Shown here: positions 25,792 through 35,250 of the stretch, piece after piece | How positions within the stretch are numbered: position 1 is the first letter of the stretch | Layout: each line of letters begins with the position of its first letter | Origin: Eubacteriales bacterium | GTDB taxonomy: Bacteria > Bacillota > Clostridia > Oscillospirales > CAG-382 | Direction of reading: 5' to 3' | DNA: 36,681 nucleotides | Assembly: GCA_045652185.1 (NCBI GenBank) | Contig: JAZRTU010000133.1 | Coordinates: 1 to 36,681, forward strand | The notes under the pieces: model-generated | Database searches by the model: none | Told to the model about the DNA's origin: nothing | Seen by the model: only the letters and a program-made list of their open reading frames with translations | Translations under genes and position numbers: made by a program

Positions 25792-27573
25792 GTGATTATC
25801 GTGAGAAATATAAAAAGAACAGATTATTGCGCTAATTTCTCGATGGCAAACATCGGACAAACAGTATGCGTAAAAGGTTGGGTGCAACGCAGGCGTGACC
25901 TTGGCGCACTCATATTTATCGACCTCCGCGATAGAACGGGTGTTGTTCAGCTCGCGTTTGACGAAAGTACGGAAAAAAGCGTTTTTGACCTCGCGTTCGC
26001 GACGAGAAGCGAGTTCGTGCTTTCCGCAGTCGGCGTTGTCAGAGAAAGAAGCAGTAAAAACCCGAATATCCCGACGGGCGATATCGAGATATTCGTAACA
26101 GAAATGGAGATCCTCTCGAAGAGCGAAACGCCTCCTTTTGAGATCGTTGAGAATTCAAAGGCTAACGAGGAATTGAGATTGAAGCATCGTTATCTCGACC
26201 TCCGCCGCCCCGATTTAATGAACAATTTGCTTTTCAGACACAGAGTTGCAAAAATAACAAGAGACTATTTTGACGAAAACGGATTTATCGAGATAGAAAC
26301 ACCTATGCTCATCAAATCCACTCCCGAGGGCGCTCGTGACTACCTCGTTCCGAGCCGTATCCATAAAGGCTCTTTCTATGCGCTCCCTCAATCTCCTCAG
26401 CTTTATAAACAGCTTTCCATGGTTGCGGGCTTCGATAGATATATGCAACTTGCAAGATGCTTCCGCGATGAAGACCTCCGTGCTGACCGTCAACCTGAAT
26501 TTACGCAGATCGACCTTGAAATGTCGTTCGTTGACGTTGATGACGTGCTCGCTATCGGCGAAGGCTTTATGAAGAGAGTATTCAAGGATGCGCTCGGTGT
26601 TGATATCGAGATGCCTATCCCGAGATATACATATAACGAAGTTATGGAGCGCTTCGGCAGCGATAAGCCCGATATGCGTTTCGGCCTTGAACTTATTAAT
26701 GTTTCTGATATCGTGGAGAACAGCTCTTTCTCAGTGTTCGCTGATTCCGTTAAAAACGGCGGTAGCGTAAGATGTATCAACGTTAAGGGTGAGGCAGACA
26801 AGCTCACAAGAAAAGAGATCGATAAGCTCGGTGAATATGCAAAAGGACTCGGCGCAAAAGGACTCGCGTGGGCGAGACAAACGGAGCAAGGAACTACTTG
26901 CAGCTTCGCAAAATTCTTGACTGAGGATGAGCTTTCGGCAATCTATGAGAGAACAGACTTCAAGCTCGGCGACGTGCTTCTCGTTCTTGCTGATTCGAAT
27001 AATAATAACGTTTTGTCCCGCCTCGGCGCACTTCGTGTTGAGATCGCGAACAGATTGAATATCAAGCGCGAAGGCTTCAAGCTTTTGTGGGTAGTTGAAT
27101 TCCCGTTCTTCGATTTTGACCAAGAGCTTGGCGATTTCGTTGCAATGCACCACCCCTTTACTTCTCCGCTTGACGAATGTATCCCGTTGCTCGACACCGA
27201 TAAAGCGGCAGTAAGAGCGAAGGCATACGACCTCGTCCTCAACGGAATAGAGCTTGCGAGCGGTTCGATCAGAATAACTGATCCCGCACTCCAAAAGAAG
27301 ATGTTCGACCTTCTCGGACTTTCCGAAGAAGAAAGCAAGCGCAAATTCGGTTATCTCCTCGATGCGTTCCGCTATGGCGCACCTCCGCATGGTGGTATGG
27401 CGCTCGGACTCGACAGATTGGTAATGCAGCTTCTCGGCGCAGATTCACTCCGCGACGTTGTAGCGTTCCCGAAGGTTCAAAACGCGAGTGAGCTTTTGAC
27501 CTCCTGCCCGTCTGATGTACCTCAAAACGTGCTCGACGAGCTTGGACTCGAAATAAAAAAAGATAAAGAATGA
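25792..27573 (+). CDS. aspS: Aspartate--tRNA ligase
   Basis: KRTDYC...GQTVCVKGWV OB-fold N-terminus, FRDEDLRADRQPEFTQ, and GGMALGLDR motif 3. The start is a GTG at either 25792 or 25801 and cannot be resolved here. Confidence 0.93.
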   Translation: MIIVRNIKRTDYCANFSMANIGQTVCVKGWVQRRRDLGALIFIDLRDRTGVVQLAFDESTEKSVFDLAFATRSEFVLSAVGVVRERSSKNPNIPTGDIEIFVTEMEILSKSETPPFEIVENSKANEELRLKHRYLDLRRPDLMNNLLFRHRVAKITRDYFDENGFIEIETPMLIKSTPEGARDYLVPSRIHKGSFYALPQSPQLYKQLSMVAGFDRYMQLARCFRDEDLRADRQPEFTQIDLEMSFVDVDDVLAIGEGFMKRVFKDALGVDIEMPIPRYTYNEVMERFGSDKPDMRFGLELINVSDIVENSSFSVFADSVKNGGSVRCINVKGEADKLTRKEIDKLGEYAKGLGAKGLAWARQTEQGTTCSFAKFLTEDELSAIYERTDFKLGDVLLVLADSNNNNVLSRLGALRVEIANRLNIKREGFKLLWVVEFPFFDFDQELGDFVAMHHPFTSPLDECIPLLDTDKAAVRAKAYDLVLNGIELASGSIRITDPALQKKMFDLLGLSEEESKRKFGYLLDAFRYGAPPHGGMALGLDRLVMQLLGADSLRDVVAFPKVQNASELLTSCPSDVPQNVLDELGLEIKKDKE

Positions 27574-27582
27574 TAAAATTCT

Positions 27583-27612
27583 GCCGACAGACGACCTCTG
27601 TCGGTAGGTTTG
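27583..27612 (+). terminator. Putative rho-independent terminator after aspS
   Basis: GCCGACAGA-CGACC-TCTGTCGGT stem-loop followed by a weak T-rich tail (AGGTTTGCGATTT). Confidence 0.5.
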
Positions 27613-27721
27613 CGATTTGGAAGAGAGTGTTCACAAAGTTTTTTGTGGGTTTTCACCGAATATACTCATTAAATTATTACCATATATAATGGAAAAACAG
27701 AAATGAAAGGAATAAACAAGG

Positions 27722-28699
27722 ATGATCGAGATCTCAGGCCTTACAAAAAAATACGGCGATATAGAAGCCGTTAAGGGTATCTCCTTCACTGTAAACGACG
27801 GTGAGATATTGGGCTTTCTCGGACCGAACGGTGCGGGAAAATCAACGACGCTCAATATTATGACCGGTTGCTTGTCCGCAACGGACGGAACCGTAAAAAT
27901 AGACGGATGCGATATTTTGGATGATCCCATCGAGGCGAAAAAGAAAATAGGATTTTTACCCGAACAACCCCCGCTCTACGGTGATATGACCGTAAATGAA
28001 TACCTTTCCTTCGTGTATGAACTGAAAAAATGTAAATTACCGAAGAAACAGCATATAAAGGAGATCTGCGACCTTGTAAAGTTGAATGATGTGTTTAACC
28101 GCCTCATTCGCAACCTTTCAAAAGGTTACCGCCAAAGAGTCGGTATCGCTCAAGCGCTTATCGGAAATCCGAAGGCGATCGTTTTGGACGAGCCGACGGT
28201 CGGACTTGACCCGAGACAGATCATCGAGATCCGTAACCTTATAAAGATGCTCGGACGCGACCATACCGTTATAATCAGTACGCATATTCTTCCCGAGGTA
28301 CAAGCTGTTTGTGACCGCGTCGTTGTTATCAACAAGGGCGTTGTTGTTGCGAACGAAAAGACGGAGGATCTCACACTTGCCGTGAGCGGTGCAAGAAAGC
28401 TCGAGGCAAAGATCGTCGGTCCGCAGGACGAGGTTTTAAAGGAGCTCAAGAGCATTTCGGGTATCAGAACGGTAGAAGTGCTCGGAAAACTCGATACAGA
28501 TTCCGTAACGTATCTCATCGAGTCTGAAAGCAACGTTGATATCAGAAAGCCGATGTTCTTCGCATTGTCGAGAAAAGGCTGGGCGCTTATCGGACTTGAG
28601 GGCGCGGAGCTCAATTTGGAAGATATCTTCTTGCGCCTTGTAGATATGGAAAACGAAAGAAAAGTTGGCAAACGCCCGACGGGAAGGACGATGAGATAA
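27722..28699 (+). CDS. ABC transporter ATP-binding protein (ABC-2 / GldA-like)
   Basis: Walker A GPNGAGKST, signature LSKGYRQR, Walker B IVLDEPT, H-loop STHIL. Confidence 0.9.
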   Translation: MIEISGLTKKYGDIEAVKGISFTVNDGEILGFLGPNGAGKSTTLNIMTGCLSATDGTVKIDGCDILDDPIEAKKKIGFLPEQPPLYGDMTVNEYLSFVYELKKCKLPKKQHIKEICDLVKLNDVFNRLIRNLSKGYRQRVGIAQALIGNPKAIVLDEPTVGLDPRQIIEIRNLIKMLGRDHTVIISTHILPEVQAVCDRVVVINKGVVVANEKTEDLTLAVSGARKLEAKIVGPQDEVLKELKSISGIRTVEVLGKLDTDSVTYLIESESNVDIRKPMFFALSRKGWALIGLEGAELNLEDIFLRLVDMENERKVGKRPTGRTMR

Positions 28700-28700
28700 T

Positions 28701-29444
28701 ATGGGTGCTATATATAAAAGAGAGATGCGTTCGTATTTCACGACGCCTATCGGATACGTATTTTTGGCTGTTTATCTTGCGGTTACCGGATTTGCTTTCA
28801 GCGTAAGCACACTTGAAGCGGGCGCAAACAGCTCTGTCGGAACATATTTCGTATTTTTGATATTTATCCTTGCGATAGTGTTGCCGATACTCACAATGAA
28901 GCTTTTCTCCGAAGAACGCAAGAACGGAACCGAACAAGGTCTTTTGTCCGCTCCCGTCAGCATCACAAGCATCGTGCTCGGCAAATATTTTGCGGCGCTC
29001 ACGATGTTCACCATCGCGATGACGATTTCTTCGTTTAACTTCACACTTCTTTTCAAATATGCGGAGCTTCCGCTTTACGGTGATTATACCGTTCTCGATT
29101 TGATGCCCACAGGGCTTATTATCGGTAATATTTTCGGAACGTTTTTCCTCGGAGCAGCGTTTATCGCAGTTGGTACTTTTATTTCCGCTATGACGGAAAA
29201 CCAGATCTCCGCAGTAATAATCACAGTTTTGTCAACGTGCGTAATGGTGCTTTGCTCCTTTGCGACAGAGTTTATCAACAATTCGTTTATTCGTGTTGCT
29301 GTTAAGTGGTTCAGCGTTCTTGAGCGTCTTTCGAGCTTGACTAACGGATATCTTGATATTACCACGTTTATCTATTTTATATCATTCGTCGTAGTTTTCT
29401 TGTTCCTGACAGGCAGAGTCTATGACAGACGCCGTTGGGCATAA
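28701..29444 (+). CDS. ABC-2 family permease (GldF/NosY-like)
   Basis: 247 aa with about six predicted hydrophobic helices. Starts 1 nt after the ATPase stop codon. Confidence 0.8.
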   Translation: MGAIYKREMRSYFTTPIGYVFLAVYLAVTGFAFSVSTLEAGANSSVGTYFVFLIFILAIVLPILTMKLFSEERKNGTEQGLLSAPVSITSIVLGKYFAALTMFTIAMTISSFNFTLLFKYAELPLYGDYTVLDLMPTGLIIGNIFGTFFLGAAFIAVGTFISAMTENQISAVIITVLSTCVMVLCSFATEFINNSFIRVAVKWFSVLERLSSLTNGYLDITTFIYFISFVVVFLFLTGRVYDRRRWA

Positions 29445-29459
29445 AACGGGAGGATAAAG

Positions 29460-31025
29460 ATGAGTACAAAAAATAAATCCAAGCTCAGCAAAAAGAAGCT
29501 TATCCACGGAAGCTTTTCGATAGTTGTTTCCGTGCTTCTCATTGCGGTAGTAATTCTTTTGAATGCTTTGTTATACTCGTTTGCACAAAAATATCCGATG
29601 TCATTTAAGATGGATATTACGGAAGAGGGAATCTATTCTATCTCCGATGAAGCAAAAGAGTTCGTTAAAGAATATATCGAGGCGGAAGGCGCTGAATATA
29701 CGATATATTTCTGTAAGGAAAGAGATCAGATCGACGGTGACGGCGACCTCGTCGTTATGGTTCGTAACTTCATTGAAATTTTCGCTGCGCAATACGACAA
29801 CGTTTCCGTTGAATACGTTGATATTTACAGAAACCCTTCGTTTGCAAAGTTTTATACGGATCAAAGCCAAGTTGAGCTTTTGACCTCACACATAATCGTT
29901 CAAAGCAAGAACGGACAATTCCGTCAGCTCGCGCCTGCGGCGTTCTTCACAACTGCACAAAGCACGGGTGAAGTATACAGCTTCAAGGGTGAGATAACGC
30001 TTACAAACGCGATCATTCAAGTTAGCGGTGACGAAGCTCCTGCCGTTACGTTCACTATCGGACATAACGAGTCCACAAACGCGGCGCTCGCTTCTACACT
30101 CTATGATGCAGGATTCCAAATTCAATACGTTGACCTCGCAACACAAGAGATCCCCGAAAACACAAGAATGCTCATAATCAGTAATCCTACGAAAGATTTC
30201 GCAGGTATCGACGCTGCTATGGCAGGCGGTACAAACGAGATACAAAAGATCGCCGACTATCTTTTGACAAAAAATCACCTCATTGTGATGGTCAACCCCG
30301 ATACTCCCGATCTTCCCGAGCTTCGTGAGCTTCTCAGCGAATGGGGACTCGATTATATGGTTGGAACGAGACTTTACGACTTCTCCAACTCGCTCGGTAC
30401 CGGTGGACTTACTCTTTCCGCAAAATATTATATGGGTACGGGCGCGGAGGATGATCCTTATCTTTCCAGCGCGGCATACAAAATGCATAGCACTGTTAGC
30501 ACACTTCCTATCCCCGTAAAAACGATTTTGCGTAACTCTGTTCCGATAATTATCAATAAAGACGTTGAGAGAGACGTATATCCGTCGCTCACAACCTACG
30601 ATACAGCGCTCGCATTCAAGAGCGATATGAAGGTTGAAGGAAAAGACGACAACAACATCAACCAAGCGCTCGGCAGCGGTGAATATACGTTGATGGCTGT
30701 TTCGACCGACCTTGAATACGTTGGTGAGGCAGGCGCGCAAGCGTTACAGCATACGACGGTAGTGCTCATCGGTTCAACTGAGTTTGGCGCTGATGCGTAT
30801 GTAGGCTCCGGTGCGTACGGTAACAAAGAGATGTTCTATCAAATGGCTCGTCTTATGGGAAGCCAAAAGGTTCCCAGCGGACTCGATTGGAAAAAATTCG
30901 AGAGCGAAGCGCTCAATATTACTGCAGGTGAAGCAAGAACTTGGACGGTTATTATAGCCGTTATCGTTCCGTTGGTTGCAGCTGCCGTGGGCTTTAGCGT
31001 TTGGTCAAAGAGGAGACACTTGTAA
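29460..31025 (+). CDS. GldG-like ABC-transport auxiliary protein (N- and C-terminal TM anchors)
   Basis: 521 aa. TM helix near residue 20 and a second at the extreme C-terminus (WTVIIAVIVPLVAAAVGFSVW). Size, topology and position after the ABC-2 permease match the GldG family. Assignment is from memory. Confidence 0.65.
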   Translation: MSTKNKSKLSKKKLIHGSFSIVVSVLLIAVVILLNALLYSFAQKYPMSFKMDITEEGIYSISDEAKEFVKEYIEAEGAEYTIYFCKERDQIDGDGDLVVMVRNFIEIFAAQYDNVSVEYVDIYRNPSFAKFYTDQSQVELLTSHIIVQSKNGQFRQLAPAAFFTTAQSTGEVYSFKGEITLTNAIIQVSGDEAPAVTFTIGHNESTNAALASTLYDAGFQIQYVDLATQEIPENTRMLIISNPTKDFAGIDAAMAGGTNEIQKIADYLLTKNHLIVMVNPDTPDLPELRELLSEWGLDYMVGTRLYDFSNSLGTGGLTLSAKYYMGTGAEDDPYLSSAAYKMHSTVSTLPIPVKTILRNSVPIIINKDVERDVYPSLTTYDTALAFKSDMKVEGKDDNNINQALGSGEYTLMAVSTDLEYVGEAGAQALQHTTVVLIGSTEFGADAYVGSGAYGNKEMFYQMARLMGSQKVPSGLDWKKFESEALNITAGEARTWTVIIAVIVPLVAAAVGFSVWSKRRHL

Positions 31026-32617
31026 TGGACAAAAAACGACTTATTATAATAATAAGTTTGTGTGTTCTTGTTTTGGCGCTTTCGATAGCATATGCCGTTG
31101 CATCAACGGCTCTTGGCGATGATACGTCGGGAACGACGAGCAAGCCGACTGAGGATGCCGACGGTGATAAGCTCGGAACAAGCGGAAGACCGTTTATGTA
31201 TCCGAATATCGAACGTGCAGACGTTCAGGATATTACGATAACAAACGAACACGGAACTTTTAAGACCTATCGAATAGAAAAAAGCTTCTATTTCGAGGGC
31301 GCAGAGCTTTTGGCGTACGATAAAGAGAAATTTTCTTCGCTCGTCGTTAACTGCACATATACGCTCGCAACGAGAAAAATTAAATTTGATAACCCCGAGG
31401 ACTATAAATACGAGGATTTTGGATTGACCGAGGATACCTGCAAGGCGATAATCGAGGTCAATACGCTCGACAAACAATACCACAAGATAATCATTGGTAA
31501 CAAGCTTGCTAACGGCGGCGGATACTATGCAAAGTATCATACGAAGGATTTCATCTATGTGCTTGATACGACGCTTGAGGATTCCGTTTTGCAATCAATA
31601 TATGATTTCATTACGCCGATGCTTGTGTACCCGATCGAATCGTTGAAATATTCTCAAATCTCGAACTTCTATTATACAAGAGACGGAAAACCGCTTATCG
31701 CGATCAGAAACTCAACGCTCGAAGAACAAGAAACTACGAAGCAACCTTACGTTGTTGAGTATCCGAAGGATAAGAATTATATCGCATCGACCTATTATTA
31801 CGGCGAGATTTTGACGTCGTTGACGCAGCTCACCGGTACGAAGCTTTGCGAGTATGGAATTACTCCTCCCGGTGACGAGCCCGTGCTTGAGGACAGAAAA
31901 GAAGGCGAAAGCGATGCTGACTACAACAAGCGCGTTGAAGAACATGACAAAAAGCTCGCTCAGTATAAAGAAGATAAGAAGGCTTACGAGGAAGTTTTGA
32001 AAAAATACGGACTCGACAACCCCGCCCACACAATACTCTATACGATCACACCCGAAGAGGATCCCGATGCGGCAGCACCTTATTACCTCGATTGCACCGC
32101 GCTCAACGATGACGGCGTATATTATGTGTACTCGATGTATATGGGTATTATCGCAGAGGTGCCCTATGATACACTCTATTGGTTGGAGTGGGATTTCAAC
32201 CGCTTCGTTGAATATGCGATGTTCTCGATGAACATCAACGACGTAAACAAAATAACAACGACGATCGACGGCGTTGATTATGAGTTTGAGTTGAAGCGCA
32301 ACGAGGAAGGTAAAGCATATCAAGTATTCTATAATGGAAAAGAATATAATATGGATGCGTTCAGACAGTATTATGTAACGCTTCTTGAGTTCCGTATCTA
32401 CGGTCAGACGGAAAAACCGACGAACGGGTATCCGCCTGTGTTAAAGCTGAAGATCGAGACGAAAAACGGCGATTATGAATACGTATTGTATACCGCTTCA
32501 ACGAGAAAGGTATACTTTGAGGTGAACGGAAAAGGAGAGTTTTACGTTAACGTTGACAAGCTTTTGCAATTCAAACGTGAAACGATAATGATCTCTAAAG
32601 GAGAGCTTGTAGAATGA
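31025..32617 (+). CDS. DUF4340-like membrane-anchored extracytoplasmic protein
   Basis: TAATG overlap with the upstream stop codon. N-terminal TM helix (LIIIISLCVLVLALSIAYAV). The usual partner gene after gldG-like genes. Start at 31025 preferred over the track start at 31001. Confidence 0.6.
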   Translation: MDKKRLIIIISLCVLVLALSIAYAVASTALGDDTSGTTSKPTEDADGDKLGTSGRPFMYPNIERADVQDITITNEHGTFKTYRIEKSFYFEGAELLAYDKEKFSSLVVNCTYTLATRKIKFDNPEDYKYEDFGLTEDTCKAIIEVNTLDKQYHKIIIGNKLANGGGYYAKYHTKDFIYVLDTTLEDSVLQSIYDFITPMLVYPIESLKYSQISNFYYTRDGKPLIAIRNSTLEEQETTKQPYVVEYPKDKNYIASTYYYGEILTSLTQLTGTKLCEYGITPPGDEPVLEDRKEGESDADYNKRVEEHDKKLAQYKEDKKAYEEVLKKYGLDNPAHTILYTITPEEDPDAAAPYYLDCTALNDDGVYYVYSMYMGIIAEVPYDTLYWLEWDFNRFVEYAMFSMNINDVNKITTTIDGVDYEFELKRNEEGKAYQVFYNGKEYNMDAFRQYYVTLLEFRIYGQTEKPTNGYPPVLKLKIETKNGDYEYVLYTASTRKVYFEVNGKGEFYVNVDKLLQFKRETIMISKGELVE

Positions 32618-33420
32618 TGAAACGTATAGCTTTTCTCGTGTTGGTCGTCGTTATGTTGCTACCGACACTATGCAGTTGCGTTGACAAAACCGAATATGCA
32701 TTATTGTGCGAAATACTTGCCAACGCTAACGCCAAAGAAAAGTATGCGAGTTCATGTCAGCTCAGCATCATCAATCTTGAGACGGAGCGTAACACTTGCT
32801 TTATGCAAGGCAGGGTGAATATCGATAAGACGAACGGACTCAAAATGAGCGGTGCGATGACCCAATATGTTTTGGGTGAATATTCAAATGCAAATATCGC
32901 CTTTGTTAACGGTGAGTATTATACAGAGGTGGGCGATTCGAGAGTCGTTACCGATATGTCGGAGGAGATGCTTGAAAAGCAGTTTATCTGCTCTGAAGCA
33001 CCGATATTCGATGTCGGAGACGTAAAGAATTTAAAGGTAACGACTGACGGATTGCAAAAAACATACACTTTTGTGTGTGAGCCTCCGCGATATATACTCG
33101 ATCGTATAACGGGTTCAGATATTTATTCGTTGGCAGGGGTGCTCAGTCCCGATTACACGATGACTGAATACCACGATGTAGAATGTACGTATATCGTAAC
33201 TGACGGAGTGAACGCAGAAGATATGAAGCTTGTGACTCGCTTTTTGAAGTTTACGATGTATATGTATTCGCAAATGCCATACGTTCCGGGTGTAAAGCCC
33301 GACAAGGATGACTACCTCACAAAAATTGAGGTGTCGTGTCAAATGACCTATAACGCATTCGGTGATTCGGTCAAGGTAGACTTACCTGACAGAGCGGATT
33401 ACAAAAAAGCAGGCGAGTAG
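32614..33420 (+). CDS. Lipoprotein of unknown function (last gene of the ABC-2 operon)
   Basis: ATGA overlap with the upstream gene. Signal peptide plus lipobox LLPTLCSCVD. No recognisable motif. Confidence 0.7.
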   Translation: MMKRIAFLVLVVVMLLPTLCSCVDKTEYALLCEILANANAKEKYASSCQLSIINLETERNTCFMQGRVNIDKTNGLKMSGAMTQYVLGEYSNANIAFVNGEYYTEVGDSRVVTDMSEEMLEKQFICSEAPIFDVGDVKNLKVTTDGLQKTYTFVCEPPRYILDRITGSDIYSLAGVLSPDYTMTEYHDVECTYIVTDGVNAEDMKLVTRFLKFTMYMYSQMPYVPGVKPDKDDYLTKIEVSCQMTYNAFGDSVKVDLPDRADYKKAGE

Positions 33421-33435
33421 ATTTTTTTCGAAAAT

Positions 33436-33513
33436 TTAATAGGGGTGCTGAGGCAAAAACCTCGGCTGAGAGATACCCATTGAACCTGATACGGGTAATG
33501 CCGTCGTAGGAAT
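33436..33513 (+). promoter_or_regulatory. TPP (THI-box) riboswitch aptamer
   Basis: GGGGTGC...GGCTGAGAGATACCC..TGAACCTGATACGGGTAATGCCGTCGTAGGAA matches the conserved THI-element core. Confidence 0.9.
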
Positions 33514-33529
33514 TTTTGAACGCTTTTTT

Positions 33530-33564
33530 CGGCGTGTCGTTTTCTTGCGGCACGTCGTTTTTTT
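33530..33564 (+). terminator. Riboswitch expression-platform terminator
   Basis: CGGCGTGTCGT-TTTCTT-GCGGCACGTCG forms an 11-bp stem (three G.U pairs) followed by seven T residues (33558..33564). Confidence 0.7.
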
Positions 33565-33606
33565 CGTTAGAAAAACAATATTTATTCGAAAGGAATTAAT
33601 AATGTT

Positions 33607-34164
33607 ATGGAACAAAAAATGAACAAAACACGAGTGCTTGTTGAGTGCGCGATATTGATCGCACTTGCAATCGTGTTAAGCTACATCAAATTTGACCTCG
33701 GCGCAGAGGGCGGAAGTGTTAGTCTCGTAATGGTGCCACTCGTGTTGATCGCGTTTCGACACGGTTCGGTATGGGGAATTGCGGCAGGGCTTGTTTTCGG
33801 GTTCGTGAAATGCGTGCTCGGCGATGGACTCGGCTGGGGATTGCCCTCAATATTGCTCGATTACGTTCTTGCATACGGCGCTGTAGGAGTTGCAGGGTTA
33901 TTTCGTAAGATGAAAAACGGTATCGTTTACGGCACGCTCGTCGGCGGTGCGTTGAGATTTTTCGTTCATTTCTTGAGTGGAGTGGTCTTATATGCCGCAT
34001 ATGCGGGACCGATCTATGGCTTGAATTTCTCGAACGAAACAGCTTCGGGTGTAATACTTTATTCGATCGTCTATAACGGCGCGTACGTTATGCTTTCAAC
34101 AGTACTTGCTCTTGCAGCGTTGCTGATGATCCGAAAGGCTATGCCTAAAAATATGAAATTTTAA
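33607..34164 (+). CDS. thiT: Thiamine transporter ThiT (ECF S-component)
   Basis: 185-aa multi-TM protein directly behind the TPP riboswitch. The N-terminus (TRVLVECAILIALAIVLSYIKF...GGSVSL) is typical of ThiT. Confidence 0.85.
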   Translation: MEQKMNKTRVLVECAILIALAIVLSYIKFDLGAEGGSVSLVMVPLVLIAFRHGSVWGIAAGLVFGFVKCVLGDGLGWGLPSILLDYVLAYGAVGVAGLFRKMKNGIVYGTLVGGALRFFVHFLSGVVLYAAYAGPIYGLNFSNETASGVILYSIVYNGAYVMLSTVLALAALLMIRKAMPKNMKF

Positions 34165-34199
34165 AATAAAATTGTGTCCGATGTCTTAACTTCGATCGA

Positions 34200-34240
34200 T
34201 TCCCCAATGAGTAACTTTTGCTCATTGGGGAATTTTTTTG
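34200..34240 (+). terminator. Rho-independent terminator after thiT
   Basis: TCCCCAATGAG-TAACTTTTG-CTCATTGGGGA stem followed by a TTTTTTT run. Confidence 0.85.
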
Positions 34241-34262
34241 GAATTGCTACATATAATAAGAT

Positions 34263-35075
34263 TTGGTGATAAACGTGGTTCGTTATTTTAAATTATTGTT
34301 TGATCGAATGAAAACGCATGATCTTTTCGCGCATTCTGCCGAAGCAGCATATTATCTTTTCGTTTCTTTTTTCCCGTTTATGATATTGCTCGTTTCTGCG
34401 TTGTCACATGTGGGTTTGATATCGGTTTTTCTCGAACGAGAGATGACTTTTTTGCCCGGCGAAGTGTGGGCGTTCGTTCACGATGCGGTGATTGAGCTTG
34501 AGGAGATTGATAGCTTGGCCGCCGTGCCGTTTTCGGTGATAACTTTACTGTGGTCAGCTTCGCGCGGGATGACCGCGGTTACAAAGCCGTTGCGGTTAAT
34601 ATATGGAAACTCCCAAAAAGGAAGCTTTCTGTTTGCGCGTATAAAAGGGATTGCGTTTACTCTTGGACTTGGACTGTTTATCGTGATCAGCATTGTCTCG
34701 TTCGGGTTCGGCGAGCGACTTGCGGCGTTTATCGGACTTGAGTCTACGATCCTTTCCTCAAGGGTCGGGGCAGTCTTTGTGTTTGCACTTTTGGTGATTT
34801 TCTTCAATATTATATATGTGACCATTCGTGCCGAGCGGCGTTCGCCGATCAGCGAGCTCGGCGGCGCAGTAGCGGCGGCATCAATGTGGGTGGCTTTTTC
34901 ATATGCATATTCTTATTATGTAGATAGTATTTCAAGTACATCTGTAATATACGGTAGTGCCGCATCGGTCGTGCTTCTTCTGCTTTGGCTTAATTTTTGT
35001 ATTCTGTTTTTGCTTGTCGGCGCAGAGTTGAATAATATTTTGCCAATAAAAGAAATAAAGGTCATAAAGAAATAA
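34263..35075 (+). CDS. YihY/BrkB (virulence factor BrkB / RNase BN-like) family membrane protein
   Basis: AEAAYYLFVSFFPFMILL signature and multiple TM segments. The start is ambiguous (TTG 34263, or GTG 34275 preceded by GGTGA). Confidence 0.75.
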   Translation: MVINVVRYFKLLFDRMKTHDLFAHSAEAAYYLFVSFFPFMILLVSALSHVGLISVFLEREMTFLPGEVWAFVHDAVIELEEIDSLAAVPFSVITLLWSASRGMTAVTKPLRLIYGNSQKGSFLFARIKGIAFTLGLGLFIVISIVSFGFGERLAAFIGLESTILSSRVGAVFVFALLVIFFNIIYVTIRAERRSPISELGGAVAAASMWVAFSYAYSYYVDSISSTSVIYGSAASVVLLLLWLNFCILFLLVGAELNNILPIKEIKVIKK

Positions 35076-35100
35076 CACCGACGAAAGTCGGTGCTATTTC
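35076..35100 (+). terminator. Putative terminator after the yihY-like gene
   Basis: CACCGAC-GAAA-GTCGGTG hairpin immediately after the stop codon, followed by CTATTTCTCTT. A second hairpin, TTGCCGTC...GACGGCAA, lies at 35103..35131. Confidence 0.5.
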
Positions 35101-35208
35101 TCTTGCCGTCATCCCCCACAGACGACGGCAAACCCACATCATATAGGATCTTATAAAAAAGGAAAAGATAACATATAATTATTGATTGTATAGTAATTAT
35201 AACAAACA

Positions 35209-35238
35209 TTTTACCCAATGTCAAGAGTTTGGGTAAAA
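35209..35238 (-). terminator. Putative terminator of the DUF421/DUF4363 operon
   Basis: TTTTACCCAA (35209..35218) pairs with TTGGGTAAAA (35229..35238), a 10-bp stem just downstream of the minus-strand stop codon. Confidence 0.5.
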
Positions 35239-35250
35239 TGATAATGGTGA

